Shown here piece after piece: positions 49,318 through 57,863 of a stretch of 64,000 bases of DNA. The DNA is taken from positions 96,001 to 160,000 of the IMG/VR virus record IMGVR_UViG_3300014039_000012; one strand, 5' to 3'. Origin of the DNA: a virus (Duplodnaviria > Caudoviricetes). Each line of letters opens with the position of its first letter. The stretch's first letter is position 1. A program made the translations under genes and the position numbers. The notes under the pieces are model-generated. The model saw only the letters and a list, made by a program, of their open reading frames with translations. It was not told the DNA's origin and did not search any database.

Positions 49318-49559
49318 CGCTGGATTGTTCTTGAATAGGATTTTATCCGTTAGCTCGCAACTAATGTCCGGCACCAAGACGCTTGATTGGCAGAATTCCT
49401 TAGTCTCTAAATAGTAATGGAAGCGCCCGACTCCCACGGAAGAGCGGAGCTCCCTCACAGAGGAACAGAAATCCGTCGCTGTGTTGTATATGTGACCGAC
49501 GTTGACTGAATCGTCTCGTAAAAATTTCAGTGACAGTCTGGAGAGACAGACATTCATAT

Positions 49560-49635
49560 GGATGCGTAGCCCAGAGGAAGAGGCAAACGGCTCAAACCCG
49601 TTGTAGGGAATGTTCGAATCATTTCGCATCCACCA
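49560..49635 (+). tRNA. tRNA with CAA anticodon (Leu) and short variable loop
   Basis: GGATGCG/CGCATCC plus A-CCA; AACGG-CTCAAAC-CCGTT; 5 nt variable loop; GAATG-TTCGAAT-CATTT. Confidence 0.8.
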
Positions 49636-50428
49636 GCCGCCAATGATGGAGATGCGTATAACTCACGCCATTCAGACTAAGTCAAGCTGGGCGCGTTAAA
49701 ACTGTTTAATCCGTGCCTTGGATAATTCTTCCAGTCGGTTCTTACATCAGATAATTTCGCCAAAGCAACCGATTCTTCTATCCCCTTCAGATGGCGTGCA
49801 GTCCCGTTCGAGTCGGGCGAGGGGAATCAGGTCTGCTCCCAGACAGTACACAGGGAGCGAGAGTAAGCCCTCGTCAAGGCGAAGTTTATGGGTTAGCTTG
49901 AAACCCTGCCGCAAGCGTGATGAAGGAGTCTAACATCCAATAGCGCGTTGGTATCATTGGTTCGAATCCAATCGTTGCGGTTCTTCGGGCAAGAGAAGTA
50001 AAACCTTGCCAAGAGGCGAAGCGGAACGCCGAAAACACCAACCGAAAAACTGTCTTGTTCGATCGCCTTTCCGATGAAGCATTAGATGAATGATGCTTGC
50101 GGTGAAACGGGTTAAACTCCCGGCTTCGGGCTGGCTTAATCGGCAAGATAAACCGCTCCCTCGACGCGGGATGTTCCCCGTCAAAATATGTGAAATTCAT
50201 AGCTTAGCCCGTTATAGTCGGAAAGTATTCATAGGTATTCCTCCGCCTATCGCACCCCAGAAATGGACACGCGGAAAAGAGAGGAAAATCGCCGACCCAC
50301 CAAGCGTGGGAACGGTTCCTGTAGCCGTCTAATTGCGGTTACTGCTGATAGCAGTCTGATCAACTGCTAAAATTCGGTGCCACCGATGAGGGGTTAAATG
50401 GACGCGATAGCCGTTACAGCCGAAACAT
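49636..50428 (+). ncRNA. About 800 nt GC-rich structured non-coding tract with tRNA-like folds
   Basis: No RBS-supported ORF; many hairpins; T-arm-like loops near 49803-49817, 49956-49972 and 50108-50122. Confidence 0.45.
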
Positions 50429-50504
50429 TGTCGAGTAACCAAGTGGTAAGGTAACTGGTTTTGACCCAGTCATTGCGCAGGTTCGAATCCTGCCTCGACA
50501 GCCA
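50429..50504 (+). tRNA. tRNA-Gln(UUG)
   Basis: TGTCGAG/CTCGACA plus G-CCA; ACTGG-TTTTGAC-CCAGT; GCAGG-TTCGAAT-CCTGC. Confidence 0.92.
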
Positions 50505-50628
50505 GCGGATGCTATTCCGCTAAACCTCCAATAATTTATATGGGCACCCGCCTCTATTAGGTCCGATAATTGAGTCGGAAACCGATGAGACGGGTTGTTC
50601 CGCATCTAAAGAAAGGAAACCGCTCCCA

Positions 50629-51108
50629 ATGAGCATCACTCTCAACGTCAACGTAAACCTTCCAATATATAACAAGACTCCAACCTATAAACCGCTCCCG
50701 CAATTAACTCGTCGTCAGCGGTCATTTTTCGAGTCTGCTAAAGCAGTATCTATTCTCTCTGATCATCCACAGTTTCATTTAGGTTGTGTTATCGTAGAAG
50801 GTTCTCGTATCATCTCATCAGGATGTAATTCAATCACACGATGCTCTCCTATTCAGCAGAAGCTCGACCACAATCGGTTCGGCGGAGAACATAGAGGAGT
50901 GTGTCACGCAGAAACATCTGCCTTGCTTCCGCTCATTCGTCAGAGACTGGATTTAACCTCTTGTACCGCGTATCTGTACCGCTCCCATAAAGATGGCTCT
51001 CTTGCCATTTCTCGCCCTTGTAGCGGCTGTATGAGCCTCCTGCGAGCCGCTGGCATTCGGCGAGTCTTCTTCACGGTTGAAGGCGGATATGCGGTAGAAG
51101 ACATTTAG
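50629..51108 (+). CDS. Zn-dependent cytidine/dCMP deaminase-family protein
   Basis: HLGCVIV...GCN, HAE, SRPCSGC. Confidence 0.8.
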   Translation: MSITLNVNVNLPIYNKTPTYKPLPQLTRRQRSFFESAKAVSILSDHPQFHLGCVIVEGSRIISSGCNSITRCSPIQQKLDHNRFGGEHRGVCHAETSALLPLIRQRLDLTSCTAYLYRSHKDGSLAISRPCSGCMSLLRAAGIRRVFFTVEGGYAVEDI

Positions 51109-51206
51109 GGAGCGGTTCATATCATCAGGTGATTAGACAACCTACCCAAAACAGGTTATCTTCACATATATTAACAAATTATTAACAAGAAAGGGGGGGA
51201 CTTAAT

Positions 51207-51797
51207 ATGCCTCGTAAAAATAAAAGTATATCTTTCGATGAAATGATTAATGAAATACCTTTTGAAGAAAAATGGTCATATATTTCTGGAACAAACGATT
51301 CTTATATTATAGTTTCAAATGGGGATGTTTATTCTAGTATTACAAATATGGGAAAAACAAATCGTTGGCATAGATTAGAACACAGATTATCTCGATATGG
51401 TTATCATCGCGTAACTATAAAGATAAATAACAAAAGAATAGATCGATATATTCATAGGTTAGTTTTAGAAACCTTTTGTCCAATTGAAAATATGGAAAAT
51501 TATGATTGTGCCCATCTTGACGATAATAAAGATAACAATAGTTTAAATAATTTAAGATGGATGACTCGTTTTGAGAATAATCATTGGAATGACAAAATTG
51601 AAAGAGGCGCATCAAAAAGAAGAATTCCCGTTTTTCAATATGATTTAGACGGAAACTATATAGCGTCTTTTGAAGGATTGAGAAGAGCAGAGGACGCAAC
51701 TGGATTCGATCATTCAAAAATATCTAATTGCGCAAAAGGGAAAAGAAAAGAATATAAAGGGTTTATTTGGTCTTTTATAGGACCTGATAATAAATAA
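51207..51797 (+). CDS. HNH homing endonuclease with NUMOD1
   Basis: IHRLVLETF...CAHLDDNKDNNSLNNLRW; PVFQYDLDG...W. Confidence 0.85.
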   Translation: MPRKNKSISFDEMINEIPFEEKWSYISGTNDSYIIVSNGDVYSSITNMGKTNRWHRLEHRLSRYGYHRVTIKINNKRIDRYIHRLVLETFCPIENMENYDCAHLDDNKDNNSLNNLRWMTRFENNHWNDKIERGASKRRIPVFQYDLDGNYIASFEGLRRAEDATGFDHSKISNCAKGKRKEYKGFIWSFIGPDNK

Positions 51798-51819
51798 AAT
51801 ATTTTATGGAGATGAATTT

Positions 51820-52665
51820 ATGAAAGAAATTGAAAGAACCCCGTTGAGCAGCAAGGCATTAATTGAAATGAAAGACTGTTTCCTAAAATGTCTTAAAGCA
51901 GAGTATATTCACGTTGATAATGACGGCGATTATGCTTTTGAAGAATCGAGAGATGGAAAAACGTTGTATCTTTTGTTCCAATGGACCAGAACAGCATATG
52001 ACTGGATTAGTAATTTTGATTTTGTTGCTAAACCGTACAAAGATATGGAAATTACTTGGAGATGTCACAGAGGATTTTTAAGAGTTTGGAAATCGATTGA
52101 GCCGCACATTAAAGAATTGGTAAAAAATGAAAAGTACAAAGCTATTAAAATTGCGGGATTTTCACACGGCGCTGCTATCGCAACACTTGCTCACGAGTAT
52201 GTTTGGTTCAACCGTCCCGACCTCCGCAGTGAAGAGAATCCCGAAGGAATCACAGGTTATGGATTCGGTTGTCCGAGATGTTATTTCGGTTCTCTCCTCC
52301 CGTGGAAGAAGATGCCGCAGGAGCTCGCACAGCGTTGGGAGCGGTTCTACCCCATCCGCAATATCTCCGACCTCGTAACACACGTCCCACCCCGCATTTT
52401 CGGGTTCAGACACGTTGCTCCAGTCGTTCAGTTGGGCAAGACTGGCAAGTGGCAGATTATCGATTATGCTCCCAACCTTCCTCCAAGAGTAGCAATGCAC
52501 TACGCCCCAAATTATATTCTCTCTCTTGATGATGGAATTAAGGAAGCGCAGGAACTCGAAGCCTACCAGAAGGCAGTCGAGAAGGCAAACGCCCGTGCCG
52601 CAAAGAAAGCTGCTGCCACCAAAGCAAAGGCTGAAACGGGGAGCGGTTCAAAGGAGGAGAAGTGA
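51820..52665 (+). CDS. Lipase class 3-like alpha/beta hydrolase
   Basis: DWISNF, HRGF, nucleophile elbow GFSHGAA, FGCPR, N..DLVTHVP, C-terminal His. Confidence 0.8.
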   Translation: MKEIERTPLSSKALIEMKDCFLKCLKAEYIHVDNDGDYAFEESRDGKTLYLLFQWTRTAYDWISNFDFVAKPYKDMEITWRCHRGFLRVWKSIEPHIKELVKNEKYKAIKIAGFSHGAAIATLAHEYVWFNRPDLRSEENPEGITGYGFGCPRCYFGSLLPWKKMPQELAQRWERFYPIRNISDLVTHVPPRIFGFRHVAPVVQLGKTGKWQIIDYAPNLPPRVAMHYAPNYILSLDDGIKEAQELEAYQKAVEKANARAAKKAAATKAKAETGSGSKEEK

Positions 52666-53132
52666 TGGCAGAGGTAATTAATAATAAGAATAATTCTAAT
52701 TCTAACACAACTTCTACCCTTTCCGCAATTCTTGCCGCCCCCATTGATTTCTTCTACTCTCACATTGAAGAAATGTCTCTTTTCGGAGTAACTTCCGACG
52801 AGTCCGAGACAATCATTATTACCCGCAGAGAATCTCCTGAAGCAACAATCACGACCTCCGATTCCACAATGTTCACAAAGATTCGAAAGAATATTATCGC
52901 AGATCCGGAACATAAGGACTGGAAGGTTCAAGCCGTTACTCGTGCAAGTTCCGACAATAACCAATTTCATTTCATCGAGATTCAAGTGGCCTGCCCCAAG
53001 AAGCTAATTTCTCTCCGCTCCAAAACAACCACGAAGGAGCTGACAGACGAGCAGAAAGAAGCAATGCGGGAGCGGATGTCCAAGATGTGGAAGAATAGAG
53101 GAAATTCCGCAGAAACAGAAGACGAGGATTAA
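52662..53132 (+). CDS. Hypothetical protein
   Basis: ETII...PKKLISLR...ELTDEQKEAMRERM. Confidence 0.6.
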   Translation: MMAEVINNKNNSNSNTTSTLSAILAAPIDFFYSHIEEMSLFGVTSDESETIIITRRESPEATITTSDSTMFTKIRKNIIADPEHKDWKVQAVTRASSDNNQFHFIEIQVACPKKLISLRSKTTTKELTDEQKEAMRERMSKMWKNRGNSAETEDED

Positions 53133-53494
53133 GTTCCTAATCTATTGTTCGGGAGCGGTTCTATTGTTCCGCACATTGTTCCGATAAAGGTTCTTCAACG
53201 GTCTATAAACCGCTCCCACGTGCGGCAGAAAAATAATGCCGCTCCCCGTTAAAAGACACCCCTGATTTTCTAATAAAACAATAAGCCAGAAAATAAAGTT
53301 TCAAAGGGCTATCGGTACTCGCCGAAAACCAACTTTAAAAATTTCGTCCTATTTTAATCGAGAGAGTCGGGGTAAAATCGGCACTCAAACTATATTGGTG
53401 CCGAAGCACTGAAATAGCAACTAAAATTAAGCCCAAATAAGGGCAAAAATAAAACTAAAAACAATTCTAAATTCCAATAAGGAGATGCTTTTAA

Positions 53495-54241
53495 ATGAAA
53501 TATTACAGCGATATTACCAACGAACTTTATGAAACCCGCGAACAGCTTTTCAAGGCAGAGCGCGATTACAAAACCGAACTTCTCGAAAAGGCTCGCGCGG
53601 ACGAGAAAGCGAAGAAGATTGCGGATCTCGAAGCACAGCTCGCAGAACTTCGCGGAGAGACGACCACAAAGAAGGCTGATGCCAAACCCTCCGACTCTTC
53701 CGATGTTTATACGGGAGCGGTTAAAGAAGATAGCCCCGAAAAAGACAGCCCCGCTCCCACGAAGGTTTATGATGCGGGAAGAGAAGGTAAGATTGATTAT
53801 TCCAAGACCGTCGAAGAGATCAAGAAGCTAATCAACAATTTCAAGTTTAAGTATCCGAGTTTTGAGTTTCAGGATGTTGAAGACGAAGATGAAAAGGACG
53901 AACTGACGGCCGACGATATTAAGGAAGATACAATGTCCTCCGCTCCCAAGATGAATATTAAAGCCGTTCCTCGTCCCGGAGCAAAAACTACTCGCCCCGC
54001 TACAGAAAAGACCGCTCCCGCAAAGACAAATAGCTCGTGCGGTGGTTGTGGTAAGAAGTGCGTTAAGAACTCCGACACTGATGGAGACAAGGTGCGGAGC
54101 AAACTCGCAGATTCTGGATATTATTCCTCCGCATATGTTAACCTGAACGGTAAGGAGTTTTACTCCGAGGGAGCGGATTCGTGGAATGACGTTAAGAAGG
54201 CTGTTCGGGAATATTTTGATAAGCTTCAGGGACTGAAGTGA
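53495..54241 (+). CDS. Hypothetical low-complexity protein
   Basis: AAGGAG RBS; MKYYSD N-terminus, coiled coil, disordered middle. Confidence 0.65.
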   Translation: MKYYSDITNELYETREQLFKAERDYKTELLEKARADEKAKKIADLEAQLAELRGETTTKKADAKPSDSSDVYTGAVKEDSPEKDSPAPTKVYDAGREGKIDYSKTVEEIKKLINNFKFKYPSFEFQDVEDEDEKDELTADDIKEDTMSSAPKMNIKAVPRPGAKTTRPATEKTAPAKTNSSCGGCGKKCVKNSDTDGDKVRSKLADSGYYSSAYVNLNGKEFYSEGADSWNDVKKAVREYFDKLQGLK

Positions 54242-54282
54242 GGATGGACTGATTAAGTAAGTTTACAAATAATTTACAATTT

Positions 54283-54312
54283 AGGAGTGGTCTGGAGACT
54301 GCTCCTTTTTTT
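54283..54312 (+). terminator. Intrinsic terminator ending the + strand arm
   Basis: AGGAGTGGTC-TGGA-GACTGCTCCT plus T run. Confidence 0.85.
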
Positions 54313-54701
54313 GTTGGGCAAGTAATTTTTGGACGAAGTTCTAATAAAATAGGCGGCTGCTCAACCATTTTAAAGGGGCGGTTCTATGGGTTAGGGGCGG
54401 GTGGGGTTAAAAGCGGGGCGGCCGCCGGAAAGAAAAAAATTCCCCGCCTAATTAAAAAAGTGGCTCGGGAATATAATTAGCCCTCGCGTATGGTTTGTTT
54501 TAGTGTCCGATTAAAGACACAAGGAAGCCTTGGGGTTCGCTCCCTTTAAACTATTCTATACCCATCCCATCCACCCACAGTCATAACTCAACAGTCTACC
54601 AAACCCATTACAACACAAGAACTCTTCGAAACACAAATCCCGTTGAAGCACGGTTTTCTTTACTTGCGGATAACCGTAAACCCAATTGTTCTTACCTCAT
54701 T

Positions 54702-54767
54702 TTATCGATGAAGTTCGATAAAAGCAAGGACGAGACACAGAAGCACAACAATACCAAAAGCGCTCAT
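54702..54767 (-). CDS. 21 aa membrane peptide MSAFGIVVLLCLVLAFIELHR
   Basis: GAAAGGAGGTGA RBS; paralog at 58871..58939. Confidence 0.6.
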   Translation of the reverse strand: MSAFGIVVLLCLVLAFIELHR

Positions 54768-54781
54768 TTCATCACCTCCTT

Positions 54782-54946
54782 TCAATTGAAGATATACTCG
54801 ACGCACCCCGGGTCCAGCTTAATACCCAGCCAAATCGAGAAGATGAACAAAAGAATTACAATAATGACGACAAATATTCCTCCGCTATCTTTCATCTCTT
54901 TCATAGATCCTTTCGACAATAGCCACAGAACCAACAATGTTATCAA
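54782..54946 (-). CDS. 54 aa membrane peptide
   Basis: GAAAGGAGGTGA RBS, TTG start, two hydrophobic segments. Confidence 0.45.
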   Translation of the reverse strand: MITLLVLWLLSKGSMKEMKDSGGIFVVIIVILLFIFSIWLGIKLDPGCVEYIFN

Positions 54947-55144
54947 GCTTTCATCACCTCCTTTCTACTTCGAAAAGTAGAACATCAGAAAGAAATAAAC
55001 AGCTAATATAACCCAAGTTGCAATAGCTTCAATCTTGTTGCACATTTCTTTAGAGTCTTTCCAGCATCGTCGGATTACCAGTCCGAGAATCAGTAAAAGT
55101 ATCACATAATTGTCCTCCTTTTATTTATTAACAAATGATGAACA

Positions 55145-55543
55145 TTATTCATCATCAGTTTCCTCGTCATCCTCCTCGCTCCAACTGTCAATTTCTTCCT
55201 GAATCTTGTCGTTCTCAAAAGACTTTTCGCAATCAACGACTTCTCTTGCAATGTCTCCGGGGTAAATCCAATCAGTCGGGTCGTTGGTCGATTCGAAGTT
55301 GCCGTAGCCGTTGAAATGGAAATAGTCGTGATTCGGATTGAAATCTCCATAAACGATGCTACGAGCAATTTCGCTCGGGGTCATTCCTTCGCAGATCTCG
55401 TCGAATCTCTCCATTTCAATGATTTCGTCATCGTAGTCATTCGTCTCGTAGCAATATTCGTTGTGGAGTGCTACTGCATCCGAATCGTCCATATCCTCGA
55501 TAATGTCGCGAATTGCTTCAACCTTTTCTTTGTAAGTTTTCAT
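55145..55543 (-). CDS. Acidic hypothetical early protein
   Basis: AAAGGAG RBS; GDFNPNHDYF.FNGYGN motif. Confidence 0.7.
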   Translation of the reverse strand: MKTYKEKVEAIRDIIEDMDDSDAVALHNEYCYETNDYDDEIIEMERFDEICEGMTPSEIARSIVYGDFNPNHDYFHFNGYGNFESTNDPTDWIYPGDIAREVVDCEKSFENDKIQEEIDSWSEEDDEETDDE

Positions 55544-55623
55544 AGTTTTGTTCTCCTTTCCGTTTTCAATATTTTTTTGTTTATTTTGGTTAGTTGGTTT
55601 GTTTTGTTAATTGGCTGGTTAAA

Positions 55624-56007
55624 TTATTTAATGCTGTCTTTGTGAATTGCATAGGTCCAATAAGCGATGTTGACATCCTTATCGATATACCGGCCATAAA
55701 GAAAGAAAGCCCGATAAATCGCATAGTCGTCTTGGTCCTTGTAAAGTTCGACGGAAACACACAATCCGCGATATTTGTCTTTTTCTCCAATCCTTGGAAG
55801 ATCCGAAAGCGAATCAACAACCTTCGCGTTCCCGACCCATTCGCGAATTTCCTCAAGTGTTCCGTTTTTGTCGGTGCAGTTACGAATATAATTTTCAAAA
55901 GAATAATTATATTCATCTGGTTGCTCTCTCTGAAGGTGCTTGAATGTTCTCAGAAGTTCCTCCTCTGTGACAATGATGTCAAACTCTAAATCTCTAAACT
56001 TTCTCAT
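55624..56007 (-). CDS. Hypothetical early protein
   Basis: AGGAGG RBS. Confidence 0.6.
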   Translation of the reverse strand: MRKFRDLEFDIIVTEEELLRTFKHLQREQPDEYNYSFENYIRNCTDKNGTLEEIREWVGNAKVVDSLSDLPRIGEKDKYRGLCVSVELYKDQDDYAIYRAFFLYGRYIDKDVNIAYWTYAIHKDSIK

Positions 56008-56008
56008 T

Positions 56009-56257
56009 TTAGATTTCCTCCTTTAAAATATTTTTTGCCTCTTCAATTGCCAAAAGGCACTCTTTATTTCTTCTGGCATAATTCAAATGCCAAACCACAA
56101 TAATGTCATTGTGCTCACTCAAGATAACCGTGGCAGCAACCTCACCTTCTTCGTTTTCGTCATCTGTTTTCCAAACATCAATTGTAATACCTGCTTTGAT
56201 TCCATTTTTTAATTCCTCAAAGCAATAGTCGTTTCTCACTTCTGCAAACATTTTCAT
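56009..56257 (-). CDS. Hypothetical early protein
   Basis: GAAAGGA RBS with structured leader. Confidence 0.65.
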   Translation of the reverse strand: MKMFAEVRNDYCFEELKNGIKAGITIDVWKTDDENEEGEVAATVILSEHNDIIVVWHLNYARRNKECLLAIEEAKNILKEEI

Positions 56258-56315
56258 AATTCTTTCCTTTCTCCCCGCTTATGGTCAGATAGGACAACCA
56301 ATTGTTAATTTTTTG

Positions 56316-56639
56316 TTAATGATTGAAATATAATTTTTGTTCAATTCTTTGCATCGGATAAATCCGATTTTCATCAAACGGATAAACAATTTCATTGACG
56401 TTATCGTCTTCGTCTACGATTGTCAAGCAATCATAACTTTCAACTTCAACGAGAACTGCTGTCTCTTCTGCGAAGAACCACCAATTATTATCAATAATAT
56501 TGATAATCTTTTCGGCTTTCTCGCTGCTGTCGAGCTTTTCAGCGATGTATTGTTGAAGTTCATTGCGTTTATTATCGAAATCCGTCCAGTTGTCAGGCAC
56601 TTTGATGATTTCTGTTTTTAATTGTTCTCTGTACGTCAT
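56316..56639 (-). CDS. Hypothetical early protein
   Basis: AAGGAG RBS overlaps the HNH stop; ATG at 56639. Confidence 0.6.
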   Translation of the reverse strand: MTYREQLKTEIIKVPDNWTDFDNKRNELQQYIAEKLDSSEKAEKIINIIDNNWWFFAEETAVLVEVESYDCLTIVDEDDNVNEIVYPFDENRIYPMQRIEQKLYFNH

Positions 56640-56644
56640 GATAT

Positions 56645-57178
56645 TTACTCCTTCGGTTTTGCAATTACCCATGTTTTATTATGTAAAATTGATTGTATAG
56701 TTGTTGCTCCAACTCCATATTTTCTTGCCAATGCTCTTCCACCAAAGATTGGATCTCTTGGAATGTATGTTTCCAATATATCATTCACATCTTGTCTTGT
56801 TAATTTGTGGCTACCATTTTTTTCCCCATAACTTATACCATTGGGAAGTTTCAAACCTGTATCAAACGCATGCTTAATGTTTTGAGACTTCGTTACCCAT
56901 TCAAGATTTTCAACAAAATTATTTTCCTTATTTCCATCTTTGTGGTTAATTTCAGGAAATCCATTCGGATTTTCAATAAAAGCCATCGCAACAAGTCTAT
57001 GAACCTTAAAATTTTTCATTGTTCCATTTTTACAAAGTTTAACATTCATATATCCATATCTGTCTTTATCAAGATGTAGTATTTTCTCGTTTTTACTTTT
57101 CAGTGATTTAATTTGTCCAAAATTTGATACCTGATATTCTTCATATCCACCTTCTATTTGTTTCCATATTTCTTCCAT
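56645..57178 (-). CDS. HNH homing endonuclease (NUMOD4-HNH)
   Basis: EIWKQI.G.E.YQVSNFG, KVHRLVAMAFIENP...EINHKDGNKENN.VENLEW. Confidence 0.9.
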   Translation of the reverse strand: MEEIWKQIEGGYEEYQVSNFGQIKSLKSKNEKILHLDKDRYGYMNVKLCKNGTMKNFKVHRLVAMAFIENPNGFPEINHKDGNKENNFVENLEWVTKSQNIKHAFDTGLKLPNGISYGEKNGSHKLTRQDVNDILETYIPRDPIFGGRALARKYGVGATTIQSILHNKTWVIAKPKE

Positions 57179-57236
57179 GTAGTTCTCCTTTAATTTATTG
57201 CCGGTAGGACAGCATAATTGTTAAAATTTTGTTAAT

Positions 57237-57380
57237 TCAGAACGGCAATGTGTCGCGACTCAAATGCAGATCAAGCCAGTCATAGGTCTTCGGAAAGTGG
57301 TCCATCATCCAAGCCCAGAAATGCCTTCTTCTTCTGCGTTCTCTCCGAGTCTCAATTGCACTTCGCTTTTGCTTCTTCAT
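57237..57380 (-). CDS. 47 aa Arg-rich small protein
   Basis: AAAGGAGG RBS; MKKQKRSAIETRRERRRRRHFWAW... Confidence 0.5.
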   Translation of the reverse strand: MKKQKRSAIETRRERRRRRHFWAWMMDHFPKTYDWLDLHLSRDTLPF

Positions 57381-57763
57381 ACTTTTCCCTCCTTTCTCAA
57401 TTCGCTAAAATTCTTCATCGTCGTATATTTCCAACCGTCGCAGTCGGTCATATACCAAATGATAACTGGGTTGTTATCCTTGTCGAGTGCCACTCCCTTG
57501 AACTGTAAATCCAAGTCGTCATTACTCCTTGCGTCAACGTTGGTGTTCCAGATTGCAGCATATTCTCCGCTCGAAGTGTAAGGAAGTCCGTAGGTCAGTT
57601 CGACGTTCCTCTCACGCTTTCCGTGAACAATCCGCAGACTTTTGTCGAGCCATTTCACTGCCGCAAGGGCAATCTTGTACTGTCTTTCGTAGTCGGTCCA
57701 TTCTTTTACTTCATTCGGGTAAAGCTCCATCGATGTCGTTTGGGTGTTCTTAATGTTTTCCAT
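57377..57763 (-). CDS. Hypothetical early protein
   Basis: GAAAGGA RBS with pseudoknot leader. Confidence 0.65.
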   Translation of the reverse strand: MENIKNTQTTSMELYPNEVKEWTDYERQYKIALAAVKWLDKSLRIVHGKRERNVELTYGLPYTSSGEYAAIWNTNVDARSNDDLDLQFKGVALDKDNNPVIIWYMTDCDGWKYTTMKNFSELRKEGKV

Positions 57764-57863
57764 ATCAGAAATCCTTTCTCCGGTTTTATCGAGGTTCTCC
57801 GGAAACTCAATATTTTAATTTTATATAATCAGGATAAAATCCTGTAATTTTCGAGTATTTATT

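Larger units (their letters stand above)
46106..54176. repeat. Dispersed CCGCTCCC/GGGAGCGG motif (22 copies, often AACCGCTCCC)
   Basis: Starts at 46106, 46528, 46791, 47891, 48030, 48067, 50153, 50620, 50692, 50979, 51108, 52337, 52639, 53068, 53151, 53210, 53239, 53713, 53751, 53940, 54012, 54169. Confidence 0.9.

Noticed and set aside
50383-50426. Possible hammerhead ribozyme (CCGATGAG...CGAAAC)
   Set aside because: Core is CCGA not CUGA, stem II is out of register, no stem III partner was found, and CCGA is already paired in a local hairpin.
49045-50605. Short ORFs across the tRNA cluster
   Set aside because: They overlap tRNAs and structured RNA and lack RBS support.
53142-53183. Triple ATTGTTC direct repeat as iterons
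   Set aside because: Too short and too few to support on its own.
46106-54176. CCGCTCCC repeats as a CRISPR array or MITE family
   Set aside because: Only 8-10 bp long, irregularly spaced, in both orientations and inside ORFs.
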